DNA of 63,677 nt, the filler included, from Octopus bimaculoides (lineage: Eukaryota): assembly GCF_001194135.2 (NCBI RefSeq). It is 5 parts of 4 records of this genome, joined end to end, with 100 filler letters (N's around TTAATTAATTAA, not from the genome) between each part and the next. Parts side by side here need not be neighbours in the genome. Positions count along the whole stretch, not along the records: positions 60,972 to 63,677 come from NC_069001.1; 4 more parts are not named here. The stretch is one strand, 5' to 3'. Shown in pieces: positions 63,626-63,677 of the stretch. How positions within the stretch are numbered: the stretch's first letter is position 1; every line of letters begins with the position of its first letter. Below the pieces are notes generated by a model. That model was not told where the DNA came from. It worked only from the letters and a program-made list of their open reading frames with translations, and searched no databases. A program made the translations under genes and the position numbers.

Positions 63626-63677
63626 AATAATAATAAAATAATAATATTAATAGTAACATCATAAAAAAATGCCTTAG

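Overview
AT-rich, microsatellite-dense animal genomic DNA, most likely an Octopus (coleoid cephalopod) assembly. That is inferred from recall of the SINE families and the repeat landscape, not from a search. About 5.5 kb is N gaps, and four 100-bp gaps carry an artificial TTAATTAATTAA linker, so contiguity across them is not guaranteed. No long intact protein-coding ORF exists; nearly all ORF-track entries are microsatellite or N artefacts. What can be supported: (1) dozens of tRNA-derived SINE copies from several families; (2) degenerate LINE fragments (Tx1/L1-like ORF1, APE and C-terminus; two R4/Dong-like RLE copies nested in it; RTE; Penelope GIY-YIG); (3) DNA transposons (a full-length defective DD37D/maT element, a fold-back mariner, piggyBac-like TTAA MITEs, a 565-bp MITE with perfect TIRs and 8-bp TSD, a Helitron 3' end); (4) a chain of short plus-strand candidate exons, including microexons, inside a CpG-depleted domain (about 5.5-21.7 kb) that looks like a methylated gene body. 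I could not identify the product. The most novel-looking signals are two minimal type I hammerhead-ribozyme folds (one with a non-canonical CUGUUGA core, one apparently inactivated by CpG decay), the mariner palindrome, intronic fold-back hairpins that could be ADAR substrates, and the possible microexon gene. I found no CRISPR array, prokaryotic-type system or rRNA, and no intact tRNA gene.
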